Notes under the pieces: model-generated
Told to the model about the DNA's origin: nothing
Database searches by the model: none
What the model saw: only the letters and a program-made list of their open reading frames with translations
Made by a program: the position numbers and the translations under genes
From: a virus
Length of the DNA: 64,000 bases
IMG/VR virus record: IMGVR_UViG_3300046001_004063
Coordinates: 1-64,000 of that record
Direction: 5' to 3' (one strand)
Shown: in pieces, positions 54,162-63,739 of the stretch
How positions within the stretch are numbered: the first letter of the stretch is position 1
Layout: each line of letters begins with the position of its first letter

Positions 54162-56678
54162 TTAAAGTTGTGATGGATCATTTATCCATTCAACTGCATC
54201 GGTATCATCGTTGACCCATTCAACTGTGGCAGAAGAATTATTGGTCCATGCCACTGGTTCTGCAGGAATAATTGGGCTCACTGGTGAAATAATATTTCTT
54301 CTTGGGAACACCAGATACTTGTCGTAGTCTTGTGTGTTGCTGTCAAGATATATATCCACTGGTGTAATGAATCGTAAACTTCCGCCATCAAATACAGTCT
54401 GCGGACCTGGAGAAAGATCGAACGTTGTTTCTGCTGGTGGTTGTGGCTCCCACTGATCGTATTCGGGGCTCCAGTTGTGTGTTAATGCACGATCCAATTC
54501 GTAACGGTCAACCTGGAAGTCTATTAGATTTAAACTTGTTCCAAATTGTGTACGTATATTATAGGCAACTTGTCCACTTTGGCCTGGCTTCACATATGCA
54601 ATAACCCAGGCTGGTGTAAATCCCAACACACGGCCATCAGTTTGTTTTGACAACATCCACAATGGTAACAAATTACTGCTTTGTCCAACAACATCAATCA
54701 CCTGGTCACGCATGTTTATCAAACTGTTGGGGTATACCACATCAATTTCTGCTGGGGTATTTGGATCTATTGGATAAGGAATCACAACTTGTTTGCCAAC
54801 GCTCTGGCCCGAACTGTTGACTAAATTATCAACTACACGACTATAAACCACTTCGTATAGAACTTCTCCAGTGATCGGGTCTAAGGCCCGTGCTGTGGAA
54901 ATTTCTCCCAGTACTAGATTTTTCCAGTAATGATTTAGGTACAAACTAGACACATAATCTATGTAGGTGGCTGCGGTCAATCCATAAGCATGATTATAAA
55001 TTACCTGTGTGGCACGGCCAAAGTTTGGATCATCTGCTCGGTATAATGATTCAACAGGGATGGCAATTGTATTTTGCAACAAATCGTTGATCAGATCTCG
55101 ATCGTTCTGTGGTGGCATAGCCTGTATATAAAGATTTTCGTAGGGCTGGTTAAATGCTCTGTTCACAACAATGGAGAAAGTTTTATACACACTGATATTA
55201 CTGCCACCATTGAATGCTTCCACTGTAAAGACAAATTCCATGTCAAACGTGGTTGGTGTAGTCACATTACGATTGCTACTGACCACATCAAAAGTTGTTG
55301 TGCCGCCATCCAATGCAAATGTATTAAAGCTGACACGACCAACAATGTTGCCTGATGACCTCAACTCTAAACCCTGCGGCAATCTACTGTCACTGCCGGA
55401 TTTAAGTCTATACTCTAGGCCAATGCCGTCTACATTATAGGCCGAAACATACAGTGTGCTTATTGCTCCGGTGTTGATAGTGCCCAATGGACTAGGATTC
55501 AACGCACGATCAACTGCTGTGCTGGGTGTTGTCCAAATGATCTCTGTGCCAATTTGTCCAATGATGGTCAAACTGTAACTTTGATAAGGGCTAGTTACAT
55601 CAGGATTATCAAGTTGGGAAACACGTATAGAAAAGTCGTATGTTTGTTCGGTCAACCCTGTGTTGGGGATATAACCATATAACCACCCGCTGTTTGGATC
55701 AAGAGTCAAGCCAGGCGGCAACTCGTAGGTGCCACGGTCAAATCCTGTCGTGTCGTACGGATCAGAGTCGTAGCCAACTCCCGCGCCTACGATAATATCA
55801 TATACAATTGTATTACCGTCAAGGTCAATTCCGTCAAACTTGAATGCATAAAAGTTGTCGTTGCGAACAGTTCCAATGCTGCCTTCTGGTGTTAACAACA
55901 GTGGCGGACGTATTGGAGAGCCGTCGGCCGTGATGAATGTATTATCTGCAGTGAAATCTGTTGTGTCTGCAGTCAAACTGTCCCGACTGTATACTTGAAT
56001 ATTAAATGTACGTATATTACTAGATTTGCCATCAGTGACTTCAAGAATAAATTCATAATTTACATTTAAACTATTTGTGGAAAAGTCAAAATCATATTCA
56101 TCATATCCTTGACCATCTCTAGAAAATCCTGCAATAGCATCACTTGGCGTTTCCGGGGCAATAAATCCTGATATAACCCCTTTGGTAGTTATAGTAGTGC
56201 CGGGCGGCAACGTTCCTGCAATCAGCCTTACAACCACCGCATCTAATGGATCAGTATCAGTGTACTCAATTTGCAAATCTATCACTTGACTACCATCAAA
56301 ATATGTGGCAATAAGTCCAGGTGGTGTGATAAACTCTGGAACGTCTTGTCCAGCCACTGTCATACTAAATGTTCGATCAGCCAGTCTATTGACCACAGTA
56401 ACGGTGCCAACTGTTTTCTTTGTATAGGCACGAACTGCAAACTTACTAACTGTATCTCTGGACACTAGATCCGGAACACCTTGCACATTAACGTACGGAA
56501 CTCCAACAATTGCACCAGTGTCTGTCAATTGTACACCTGTGGGCAATTCTCCAGCAATCAACCTATAGAACAAAGTGTCATCTACCACTTCTGCTAATAA
56601 TGGCAATTGGAAGAACACGCCCTCGGGATATGTTCCTAAATTACCTGCAGGAGTAAGCCACACTGGTTGCGCTGTCAT
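54162..56678 (-). CDS. Large baseplate/virion protein with repeated Ig-like (He_PIG-type) domains
   Basis: Repeated W.TP.G.LG...G.LP.G..L...G.I.G units. Confidence 0.75.
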   Translation of the reverse strand: MTAQPVWLTPAGNLGTYPEGVFFQLPLLAEVVDDTLFYRLIAGELPTGVQLTDTGAIVGVPYVNVQGVPDLVSRDTVSKFAVRAYTKKTVGTVTVVNRLADRTFSMTVAGQDVPEFITPPGLIATYFDGSQVIDLQIEYTDTDPLDAVVVRLIAGTLPPGTTITTKGVISGFIAPETPSDAIAGFSRDGQGYDEYDFDFSTNSLNVNYEFILEVTDGKSSNIRTFNIQVYSRDSLTADTTDFTADNTFITADGSPIRPPLLLTPEGSIGTVRNDNFYAFKFDGIDLDGNTIVYDIIVGAGVGYDSDPYDTTGFDRGTYELPPGLTLDPNSGWLYGYIPNTGLTEQTYDFSIRVSQLDNPDVTSPYQSYSLTIIGQIGTEIIWTTPSTAVDRALNPSPLGTINTGAISTLYVSAYNVDGIGLEYRLKSGSDSRLPQGLELRSSGNIVGRVSFNTFALDGGTTTFDVVSSNRNVTTPTTFDMEFVFTVEAFNGGSNISVYKTFSIVVNRAFNQPYENLYIQAMPPQNDRDLINDLLQNTIAIPVESLYRADDPNFGRATQVIYNHAYGLTAATYIDYVSSLYLNHYWKNLVLGEISTARALDPITGEVLYEVVYSRVVDNLVNSSGQSVGKQVVIPYPIDPNTPAEIDVVYPNSLINMRDQVIDVVGQSSNLLPLWMLSKQTDGRVLGFTPAWVIAYVKPGQSGQVAYNIRTQFGTSLNLIDFQVDRYELDRALTHNWSPEYDQWEPQPPAETTFDLSPGPQTVFDGGSLRFITPVDIYLDSNTQDYDKYLVFPRRNIISPVSPIIPAEPVAWTNNSSATVEWVNDDTDAVEWINDPSQL

Positions 56679-58616
56679 TTATAGTCTTCCAACAACAACT
56701 TCAATAATACTGTGATCGCCTGTTGATGCTTCTAACGCTTTGCCAATCACAGTGCCCATCATTGGGGTTTGTTTAGATTGAGCATAGCCGTTGCCTGCTG
56801 ATACAAGCATGTCGCCTTTGGCAACTGTGCCACGCACTCGACATGGAACTCGGCCCAACAATGCCACTGCTACCACATGCTCACTGTTCAACATGCTGTT
56901 CATCAAATGAGCAGGTTGAGTAGACACAATTCCTGCAACTCGCGCAGTTTCGTCTGCAGCAATGGTAACTTCTTTGCTGCCACCAAATTCAAGCACCGTG
57001 CCAGGCTCATAGGCAGCATCTGCTGTGTAGTTTTCTGCTATGTCAGCGTATTGTGCCGATGTTGCAGTTCCAACAAAATATGACCCAATGACGTTGCCTG
57101 TGGCACTTACTTGGCCGCCAGTTAATAAATTACCAGTTGTTGTATTTCCAGTCACACTCAATGAGGCTAATGTGCCTATGCTATTTGCAACTACGCCAGT
57201 CAATTGACTACCATTGCCAAAGAAATAGCTACCAGTGATGTTGCCTACAGCCGACATGGTTGAATTTGAGATCACCTGTCCACCAGTGACATTTCCAGTG
57301 GCAATAACGTCGGAAGTAGCCCTCAAGTTACTGCCAGTGACATTACCAGTACTTACAAATCGTCCTGACAGAAATATATTTGCGGCATTTACATTGCCGG
57401 TAGCACTGATAATATTGCCAAATACATCTCCAGTTGCACTGATCAATCCACCTGTTAATACATTACCGCCGGCACTGACACTTCCAACAGTGCGTAAGTT
57501 GCCTCCGGTGATGTTGCCCGAGGCCGACATGGTTAAATCTGAGTTTACATGCGCACCACTGACATTTCCAGTGGCAATAACACCAGAAGTGGCCAACAAG
57601 TTACTGCCAGTGACGTTACCAACACTTACAAATCTTCCTGTCAGATATATATTTGCAGAATTCACATTGCCCAGGACTTCTATGCCATTGGGTACAAATT
57701 GCGCTACATTTGAAACACCATCGATGTTGACCAAAATATTTCCAGCCGACCCTGCAACTGATAGAATAGATGTGCCATTGGCAATCTGTGTTACAGCCAC
57801 GTTGCTGACTACGGTGACATTACTTAAAAATCCGCCGTCACCAATGATATAGGCTCCAGAGACGTTTCCAACAGCAACAACATTTGCAGATGTGTTGATA
57901 TTTCCAACAGAACTTATTGTGCCGCCGGTTGTGACATTTCCTAGTGTGGCAGTTCCGGTTGCGCTTACTACACCGCCGGTTAAGACGTTACCACCGGTTA
58001 CAGTACCGGTTGCACTGGCCGCGCCTGCTGTCTCCAATCCGCTGGCTGAATAAACAATGCCAGTGGCACTTACAGCACCAGTTGTGCGCAAGTTTCCGGC
58101 ACTGACATTGCCGGTTGTACTGAGTGTGCCAGCAGTGACATTACCAGATATAACAACACCTGTGGTTGTGAACACAGCAACGTTTGATGTACCGTTGATT
58201 GTTATGTTTGCATTGCCGTTGTTGGCCAGGGTAATGTTGGTATTGCCATTGATAATCTCTGGGCCAGCCCCGGCTATTACGTTGGTTAATTGGCTGCCAT
58301 CACCAATGTAATAATTGGCTGTGACGTTGCCAGTTGCTGACAAAGCAGTGATATTGGCCTGGGCGGCATTTGGAACTTCTCTCCAAATTACAGATGACCC
58401 ATTGTAATTTGCAAAACAATAATAGTAATATTCTGCGTCGTACGCAGTCATGCCTGCAACGTCGCCCACGCTGCCTGTTAACGCAACAGGAGGTACAGTT
58501 TGAATTCTGGAGTAAAGTTCTCCAAAATTGTTGTTTGTTTTGGTAAATGCGGTGCGTATGGGATCGCCTTGTCCGTCATTCGGAGCCGCACCTACATTGA
58601 TAATTTCACGAGCCAT
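56679..58616 (-). CDS. Tail fibre-like protein with T4 gp9/gp10-type N-terminus and C-terminal intramolecular-chaperone-like domain
   Basis: INVGAAPNDGQGDPIRTAFTKTNNNF; GNV repeats; YADIAENY...GIVST.P...GRVP...KGD.LV...IGKALE. Confidence 0.78.
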   Translation of the reverse strand: MAREIINVGAAPNDGQGDPIRTAFTKTNNNFGELYSRIQTVPPVALTGSVGDVAGMTAYDAEYYYYCFANYNGSSVIWREVPNAAQANITALSATGNVTANYYIGDGSQLTNVIAGAGPEIINGNTNITLANNGNANITINGTSNVAVFTTTGVVISGNVTAGTLSTTGNVSAGNLRTTGAVSATGIVYSASGLETAGAASATGTVTGGNVLTGGVVSATGTATLGNVTTGGTISSVGNINTSANVVAVGNVSGAYIIGDGGFLSNVTVVSNVAVTQIANGTSILSVAGSAGNILVNIDGVSNVAQFVPNGIEVLGNVNSANIYLTGRFVSVGNVTGSNLLATSGVIATGNVSGAHVNSDLTMSASGNITGGNLRTVGSVSAGGNVLTGGLISATGDVFGNIISATGNVNAANIFLSGRFVSTGNVTGSNLRATSDVIATGNVTGGQVISNSTMSAVGNITGSYFFGNGSQLTGVVANSIGTLASLSVTGNTTTGNLLTGGQVSATGNVIGSYFVGTATSAQYADIAENYTADAAYEPGTVLEFGGSKEVTIAADETARVAGIVSTQPAHLMNSMLNSEHVVAVALLGRVPCRVRGTVAKGDMLVSAGNGYAQSKQTPMMGTVIGKALEASTGDHSIIEVVVGRL

Positions 58617-58672
58617 ATATTTGAGTCCTCTGGTAGTGTATTTACCAGATCACTCACGCTCGGTGTTTTGCG

Positions 58673-58996
58673 TTAACTCGGACTAAAACTGCTGCCGCAG
58701 CCGCAAGTTGACACTGCTTGCGGGTTATTAATAGCAAAACTACTGCCCATTGCGCCTTCTTCGTAGCGTATGCTGGAGCCTTGAAGGTATTGCCAACTCA
58801 TTGAGTCAACCAGCACTTTCACTGTGTCGTATTCAAAGTCCATGTCGTCTTCGTTTTGCACTTCATCCAGCGTAAACCCGTAACTAAATCCAGAACAGCC
58901 ACCTCCCTGCACAAATACACGTAGTTTAATGTCAGGATTGTTTTCTTCTGCTAGTATGTCTTTGAGTTTTACAACTGCACTGGGTTCTAATATCAT
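58673..58996 (-). CDS. erpA: A-type Fe-S cluster carrier (ErpA/IscA)
   Basis: [36 protein letters not shown]. Confidence 0.92.
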   Translation of the reverse strand: MILEPSAVVKLKDILAEENNPDIKLRVFVQGGGCSGFSYGFTLDEVQNEDDMDFEYDTVKVLVDSMSWQYLQGSSIRYEEGAMGSSFAINNPQAVSTCGCGSSFSPS

Positions 58997-59538
58997 TATA
59001 GTCTTTCGTTACAAACATCCCAGTCAATAATTTTCCATATATTGTCCAGGTATTTTTCTTTGTCCCATTGGTAGTCCAGGGCCCATACATGTTCCCACCA
59101 ATCAATAAGTACGCATATATCTGTACGCACAGCATGGTTGGGAATTGTTTTGATTGTGCCGGTGGTACTGAGATAAACCCATCCGGATCCTTGGATTTTC
59201 ATTGCAGTTTCTTTGACTGCTTGTTTAAAGTCTTCGTATGTTTTAAAGTGTTCTTCTATCAGTGCCAGTACTGCACCGCGTGGTCTGTTGGCACCCTTAG
59301 GAGCTCGGAGTTGGGGGAAAAACTTATTGTGCAGGAAACTGCCAGCACGATTAAAATCCGCATTGCCTTCGCCTGCATTGTAACGCCGGGCATACCCTTT
59401 GGCCAAATGTCCATAATGGTATTCTAAACTTTCTTTGCTCAGTACTGGCTCAAGGTCTTTCTCACCGTAAGGCAGTGGTGTAGTTTCCAGTTTGGCTGGT
59501 CGAGTGCTTGCTTCGATTAGATCAATTTGTTCACGCAT
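58996..59538 (-). CDS. Fe/Mn superoxide dismutase (compact)
   Basis: LPY...LEP, YHYGH, LHN.FF, GSGW, DWWEH. Confidence 0.88.
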   Translation of the reverse strand: MREQIDLIEASTRPAKLETTPLPYGEKDLEPVLSKESLEYHYGHLAKGYARRYNAGEGNADFNRAGSFLHNKFFPQLRAPKGANRPRGAVLALIEEHFKTYEDFKQAVKETAMKIQGSGWVYLSTTGTIKTIPNHAVRTDICVLIDWWEHVWALDYQWDKEKYLDNIWKIIDWDVCNERL

Positions 59539-59546
59539 AAGGATAT

Positions 59547-60242
59547 TTATACAGTTAACACTTGATCATACTTGTCTTGCCAAAGAACACAGGCAGCCAA
59601 GTGAGCATCCTCGAGTGGATGTAGCCCAGGATCGGTTACACTAAATCCATGTTTATAACTCCAATCTAGAAAAGTTAATCCTTCAAAAGTTTGCAAAGGT
59701 TCTTTGGTAAGATCTTGTAAGGTTTTAACATAGTCTGGAGCATGCCAAGTTGTGTCCCACATTTCGGCATCCATATATGTTTGTATACTAGGAACATCAA
59801 TGTGTTTTAAAAATTGTTGTGTAGAGTAAATGGTTTGTAGAGTTCTAAACTTGTCCCACAATGTACTGTGTCCAGGATACTTTCCGTAGAATTCTAAAAT
59901 CTTTTCAGCATCTTCTGATCCAACCAATGGTGCTAACTTTGACGGGACACAGCTTAGTCCCAGTGTAGTCCATGTTTCCTGCTGTGGAATATAAAAATCC
60001 CACCGAGCACCCCATGTCCAATTAATTACAGCCAACACATTGTCACTGGAATTATTTGAAAAATATGTTAAAATTTGACGACTAATATTTTCGTTACCAC
60101 AGCCCGGCACAGCGGTAGTTTCATAATCAACGCCTAATTTCCGTGCTGCCAGGCCAATCCAACTTTGTTGTCCATCATTATTATTGGCAAGTTCGCTGCC
60201 AAAGACAAAGCTATCTCCAAAGCCAAATATTTTTGTTTTCAT
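59547..60242 (-). CDS. SGNH/GDSL-like hypothetical protein
   Basis: FGDSFVFG, AVPGCGN, NWT..AR, LHP..DAH; paralogue of 41760..42455. Confidence 0.65.
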   Translation of the reverse strand: MKTKIFGFGDSFVFGSELANNNDGQQSWIGLAARKLGVDYETTAVPGCGNENISRQILTYFSNNSSDNVLAVINWTWGARWDFYIPQQETWTTLGLSCVPSKLAPLVGSEDAEKILEFYGKYPGHSTLWDKFRTLQTIYSTQQFLKHIDVPSIQTYMDAEMWDTTWHAPDYVKTLQDLTKEPLQTFEGLTFLDWSYKHGFSVTDPGLHPLEDAHLAACVLWQDKYDQVLTV

Positions 60243-60376
60243 GCCTGTGCCTTATATAAAGTTAAATGATTTTTCTGTCTAATTTGATCCAACGTTTGAT
60301 TGTAAGATTGGCTACAATCCCAAAGTATTGAATTAAATTTAGCAGACTTAATTTGATTAATTAGACCTGTTAACAT
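60239..60376 (-). CDS. 45-aa ORF (not in ORF track), possibly a remnant or leader ORF
   Basis: MLTGLINQIK...LYKAQA; TAAATA 3 nt upstream; stop overlaps the next ATG (ATGA). Confidence 0.45.
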   Translation of the reverse strand: MLTGLINQIKSAKFNSILWDCSQSYNQTLDQIRQKNHLTLYKAQA

Positions 60377-60389
60377 GTTTATTTACATC

Positions 60390-61925
60390 CTAAAGAATAT
60401 AACTTCTCACAGCTTCTAGTTCGGGTATGTAATCTGCCAACTTGGTGCCACGAGCATGATCCAACTGATCATTATACATAAAAAAATCTCGTAGATTTTC
60501 AATATTGCAAACTGGGTTGTTTGTATAGTAATTGTAAATGCTGTCTATTCCGCTTTTGCAACTTTTACCGTTTGAATGATAAATGGAGGTTTGCATACAT
60601 TTTTTCATGGATTCAATCACTAGGTCTTTATTAGGGTGATTAAATGCCGACTGCCAATCCAAGTAATTGATTTGAAGATAGATGGCCGTAAACGGAAATT
60701 CACGATCTAAAAATTCAAACAGCAGGTGTAAATTAGTTACATTGTAAATGCCTGGCACAGTATTAATGCTAACAAAATGTCCACGAGATTCCATCATGTG
60801 AGCATTTTCTATAACTTTTTCCCAACGAGATCCCGACCTCCAGTAGTTATTGATTTTTGAAAATCCGTCTATACTAAAACTAAAATTGGTGTTGGAAAAA
60901 TGTGAAACTGTTTCTAAAAATTCTTGGGAAAATTTTACACCATTTGTACACATTGTAAGAAAAAAATCTGTTCGATTTTTTGCTATACAGCGTTTCATAA
61001 ACTCCAAAACTTCTGGCATGATTGTGGGTTCACCACCTTGGAAATACACTTCACTTTTTTTATCTAATTTGTCAATATCAATTGAATCAATTTTTGCAGA
61101 GCTTGAAATCCAGGATAATGGGCCAGGAGTTACAATATTAAATTTTTTTAATTCTTTTCCAATTGGCTCACTAAGTGCCGGTTGGCAACCTCTGCATTTA
61201 ATGTTACAGTTGTTTCCGGTGTGCATTTCATAAAAATGAGGATGATCTATTTGTTTTAAATCTTCAATTGTTTCTAAATTTAATTGTGTAACCCAATCTA
61301 AGGTTTCAAATTGTCTATAACTTTCGATGCCTTGATCTTCGTATGAGTAACACGTGGTACAACGGTCTGGTAACTTTTCACCCTGTAACATTTTGTTTCG
61401 AATTTGCGCATAGTTAACATCAGTTTTCCAATCTTTGAGTTGATCGCTTGGTGCAACTGATCCGTTATCACGTGAACATAATTTTAATTGTTTTCCATTA
61501 TCATAACGATTGATCCAGGGATATATGCAAAAACTTTTATTTTTATTGTAAACCAGGTCAGTCCAATAAGAAATTTTCTTTACGCTGTTGTTGTCTCTGA
61601 ATACTGTTTGGTAATTTAGTTTTTCTAAATCAACCATTAACTTAAATGTGGCCTGGAAACATTTCCAATGACTCCATTGGTCCGAAGCCTGATCGAGCAT
61701 GACAATAACATTGAATTTTTCAGCAAATTTAATTAATTTGCCACGAGGAATATCCACTATGGTTGTGTGATAATATCCAGGTTTTTGCGGATCAAATGCA
61801 GAATCTAACACCAATCCATGATTGACACTAGCGTGTTGCTTTGCTAAGTTTGACACTTGTTGATCTGTGGATTCGTCATTGTTGCCAAGAAACAATACTT
61901 TAGCGCCGGGTTCAAAAGAATTCAT
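60390..61925 (-). CDS. Radical SAM protein with N-terminal extension and twitch-like Cys domain
   Basis: FCIYPW...C...C..C; CNIKCRGC; GGEP; TNG; SIDG. Confidence 0.88.
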   Translation of the reverse strand: MNSFEPGAKVLFLGNNDESTDQQVSNLAKQHASVNHGLVLDSAFDPQKPGYYHTTIVDIPRGKLIKFAEKFNVIVMLDQASDQWSHWKCFQATFKLMVDLEKLNYQTVFRDNNSVKKISYWTDLVYNKNKSFCIYPWINRYDNGKQLKLCSRDNGSVAPSDQLKDWKTDVNYAQIRNKMLQGEKLPDRCTTCYSYEDQGIESYRQFETLDWVTQLNLETIEDLKQIDHPHFYEMHTGNNCNIKCRGCQPALSEPIGKELKKFNIVTPGPLSWISSSAKIDSIDIDKLDKKSEVYFQGGEPTIMPEVLEFMKRCIAKNRTDFFLTMCTNGVKFSQEFLETVSHFSNTNFSFSIDGFSKINNYWRSGSRWEKVIENAHMMESRGHFVSINTVPGIYNVTNLHLLFEFLDREFPFTAIYLQINYLDWQSAFNHPNKDLVIESMKKCMQTSIYHSNGKSCKSGIDSIYNYYTNNPVCNIENLRDFFMYNDQLDHARGTKLADYIPELEAVRSYIL

Positions 61926-61927
61926 AA

Positions 61928-62146
61928 TTATTTCCTACGTGTAATACGTCCCCGAGTTAGATCGTAAGGTGTAAATTCAATTTCCACACGATCCCCTAGT
62001 AACACTTTGATATTGTTGGTTCGCATGCGCCCACTCAAGTGTCCTAGCACTGTGGTATCTAAACTGTCTAATTTAATTCTAAACATGGCAGCTGGTAAAA
62101 TCTCCTCCACCCGGCCTTCCATGTTGATTGTTTCTTCTTTTGCCAT
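61928..62146 (-). CDS. infA: Translation initiation factor IF-1
   Basis: [23 protein letters not shown]...GHLSGRMR...[17 protein letters not shown]. Confidence 0.95.
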   Translation of the reverse strand: MAKEETINMEGRVEEILPAAMFRIKLDSLDTTVLGHLSGRMRTNNIKVLLGDRVEIEFTPYDLTRGRITRRK

Positions 62147-62156
62147 AAGCAATTAC

Positions 62157-62579
62157 TTATTCAAAACTCAGCTCTGCGCTAATCTTCTTCAGCCGGTCCA
62201 TTCGGAAACTGCGCCATGCTCCGGCGTCCAGATCATACACTTTGATCACAGCAGGATCGGGTTCTTTTGGTTGCTTTCGGGGTTTAGTGGATTCTGTTAC
62301 AAGCCCGTCTACACGTCCCACAATAGAAGCACTGTGTGATATAACAGCCATTGGGGGTTTTTCCGGAATCAAATCCCAATGCAGTGTGCATCGCATGGTG
62401 CGATCTGTACCATCTGCTTTGGTAAAGGTCACTGTGATAGGTTGTTTTTCCAACAAACTCCTGACCCAGTCACGCATGACATGTCGGTTTGTGTCATCTG
62501 CTTCTTGATACTGTGTGCCTGGTGCTCCTTTGAGCAGTCGTATCACTTCCTGTTGTTCCCATTTCATCATCAACTCCAT
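62157..62579 (-). CDS. WYL-like (SH3-fold) protein
   Basis: VTFTKADGTDRTMRCTL...VYDLDAGAWRSFR. Confidence 0.75.
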   Translation of the reverse strand: MELMMKWEQQEVIRLLKGAPGTQYQEADDTNRHVMRDWVRSLLEKQPITVTFTKADGTDRTMRCTLHWDLIPEKPPMAVISHSASIVGRVDGLVTESTKPRKQPKEPDPAVIKVYDLDAGAWRSFRMDRLKKISAELSFE

Positions 62580-62782
62580 TTTAAATTAAACCACGTTGCC
62601 CACTTGTTGTCATAAAATCTAAACTCAACATAGCCTGGAACATCTCCTGTCATGTTGTCCCATCTAGGCTGATAATACGCAAAATCAAAATCTGTTCCTT
62701 GTTGTAGTCCTTGCCGCCTGAGATCATTGACAATCAACAACATTTCATCCACACGTTTGTTGTGCAGTTTTACTATGTTCAC
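62570..62782 (-). CDS. Small hypothetical protein
   Basis: DFDFAY...FRFYD...ATWFNLKW; coupled. Confidence 0.65.
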   Translation of the reverse strand: MNIVKLHNKRVDEMLLIVNDLRRQGLQQGTDFDFAYYQPRWDNMTGDVPGYVEFRFYDNKWATWFNLKWS

Positions 62783-63057
62783 AACCAGGTCAGCTTAAAC
62801 ACAGCTAAATCTTGCTCATCCTCAAAGCAAACTTTATACTTGTTAGATTTGGTAAGTTTATCATAGGCTAGGGTTTTGAAGTCTTCGTCATGCCCACCCC
62901 AGACCATGTTCCATCTGCCTTCGGGATTGTTGAATGGTTCCCAGGCCTGGCCAAACTGTCGTTCACACCATTGGGAAACCTGCAGTCGGGTGTTCATGTC
63001 AATCAGGGTTTCATGCACCAAGTTGTTAAGTGATGCTGGATGTACAGATTGGACCAT
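62779..63057 (-). CDS. Small hypothetical protein
   Basis: WCERQFG...RW...F.DEQD...FKLTW. Confidence 0.65.
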   Translation of the reverse strand: MVQSVHPASLNNLVHETLIDMNTRLQVSQWCERQFGQAWEPFNNPEGRWNMVWGGHDEDFKTLAYDKLTKSNKYKVCFEDEQDLAVFKLTWL

Positions 63058-63449
63058 TAGCCTCTCCTCATTGTGGCAATGTCATGTGCCTCTTCGTTAC
63101 TAAAGATAGGCACTGCATTGGATTTGTGCATGGTGCCAATACCAAGAACTTTTGTGCCTGTGTACACTTTGTGAACAGGTGCAGTTGAAGAACCCGGGGT
63201 CACACGGCTGGGAATGTTGTGAGTGTTTGTGCGACCAACAGGTGTGCTCAATTTGTAGTTCAATGGTTCTGCCGCAAGCGCACGTTGGCGCCGCTTTTCG
63301 TCAGCATCCAGTTCCCACTTAGCCTGTAGCTCTTTCCAGGACGCATCAAGCTCACGTGCTTTACGTGCTTCTTCTGCGTTGCGGAATTTGACTTTGCCCT
63401 TTTTCTTGCCGTTGTAGGAAAGTGCAGGATGTTCGAGATGCATGCTCAT
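63057..63449 (-). CDS. Conserved T4-like hypothetical protein
   Basis: YTGTKVLGIGTMHKSNAVPIF motif. Confidence 0.75.
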   Translation of the reverse strand: MSMHLEHPALSYNGKKKGKVKFRNAEEARKARELDASWKELQAKWELDADEKRRQRALAAEPLNYKLSTPVGRTNTHNIPSRVTPGSSTAPVHKVYTGTKVLGIGTMHKSNAVPIFSNEEAHDIATMRRG

Positions 63450-63685
63450 TGTAAGTTCCTTGGTTCATCATTGATTGCTCGTTCAAGTGCAACACGCTCT
63501 TCGTCAGTCAAGCTATCCCAGTCTATAGGCCGGCTCTGTGCTTCAAGTTCTTCTGGCGTCATGTTGGCAAACATTTCTGTAATTTCTTTCATCACAGCAT
63601 CCAGTTCGGCCTGATCCTCTACGTCAAGGCTGTCAAACGCACCGGGCGCAAATTCTACCTTCATTGGTTTTTTAGGATCTGTCAT
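63446..63685 (-). CDS. Small acidic hypothetical protein
   Basis: VEFAPGAFD...QAELD; ATGA coupling. Confidence 0.65.
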   Translation of the reverse strand: MTDPKKPMKVEFAPGAFDSLDVEDQAELDAVMKEITEMFANMTPEELEAQSRPIDWDSLTDEERVALERAINDEPRNLQ

Positions 63686-63710
63686 AGTTGAACTCTGTTA
63701 ATCATGCTGT

Positions 63711-63739
63711 ATTATAGCACAAGAAGAATTAGCAGTCAA
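63711..63739 (-). promoter_or_regulatory. Sigma70-type promoter
   Basis: TTGACT-17nt-TATAAT with extended TG, 5 nt before ATG 63705. Confidence 0.8.
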
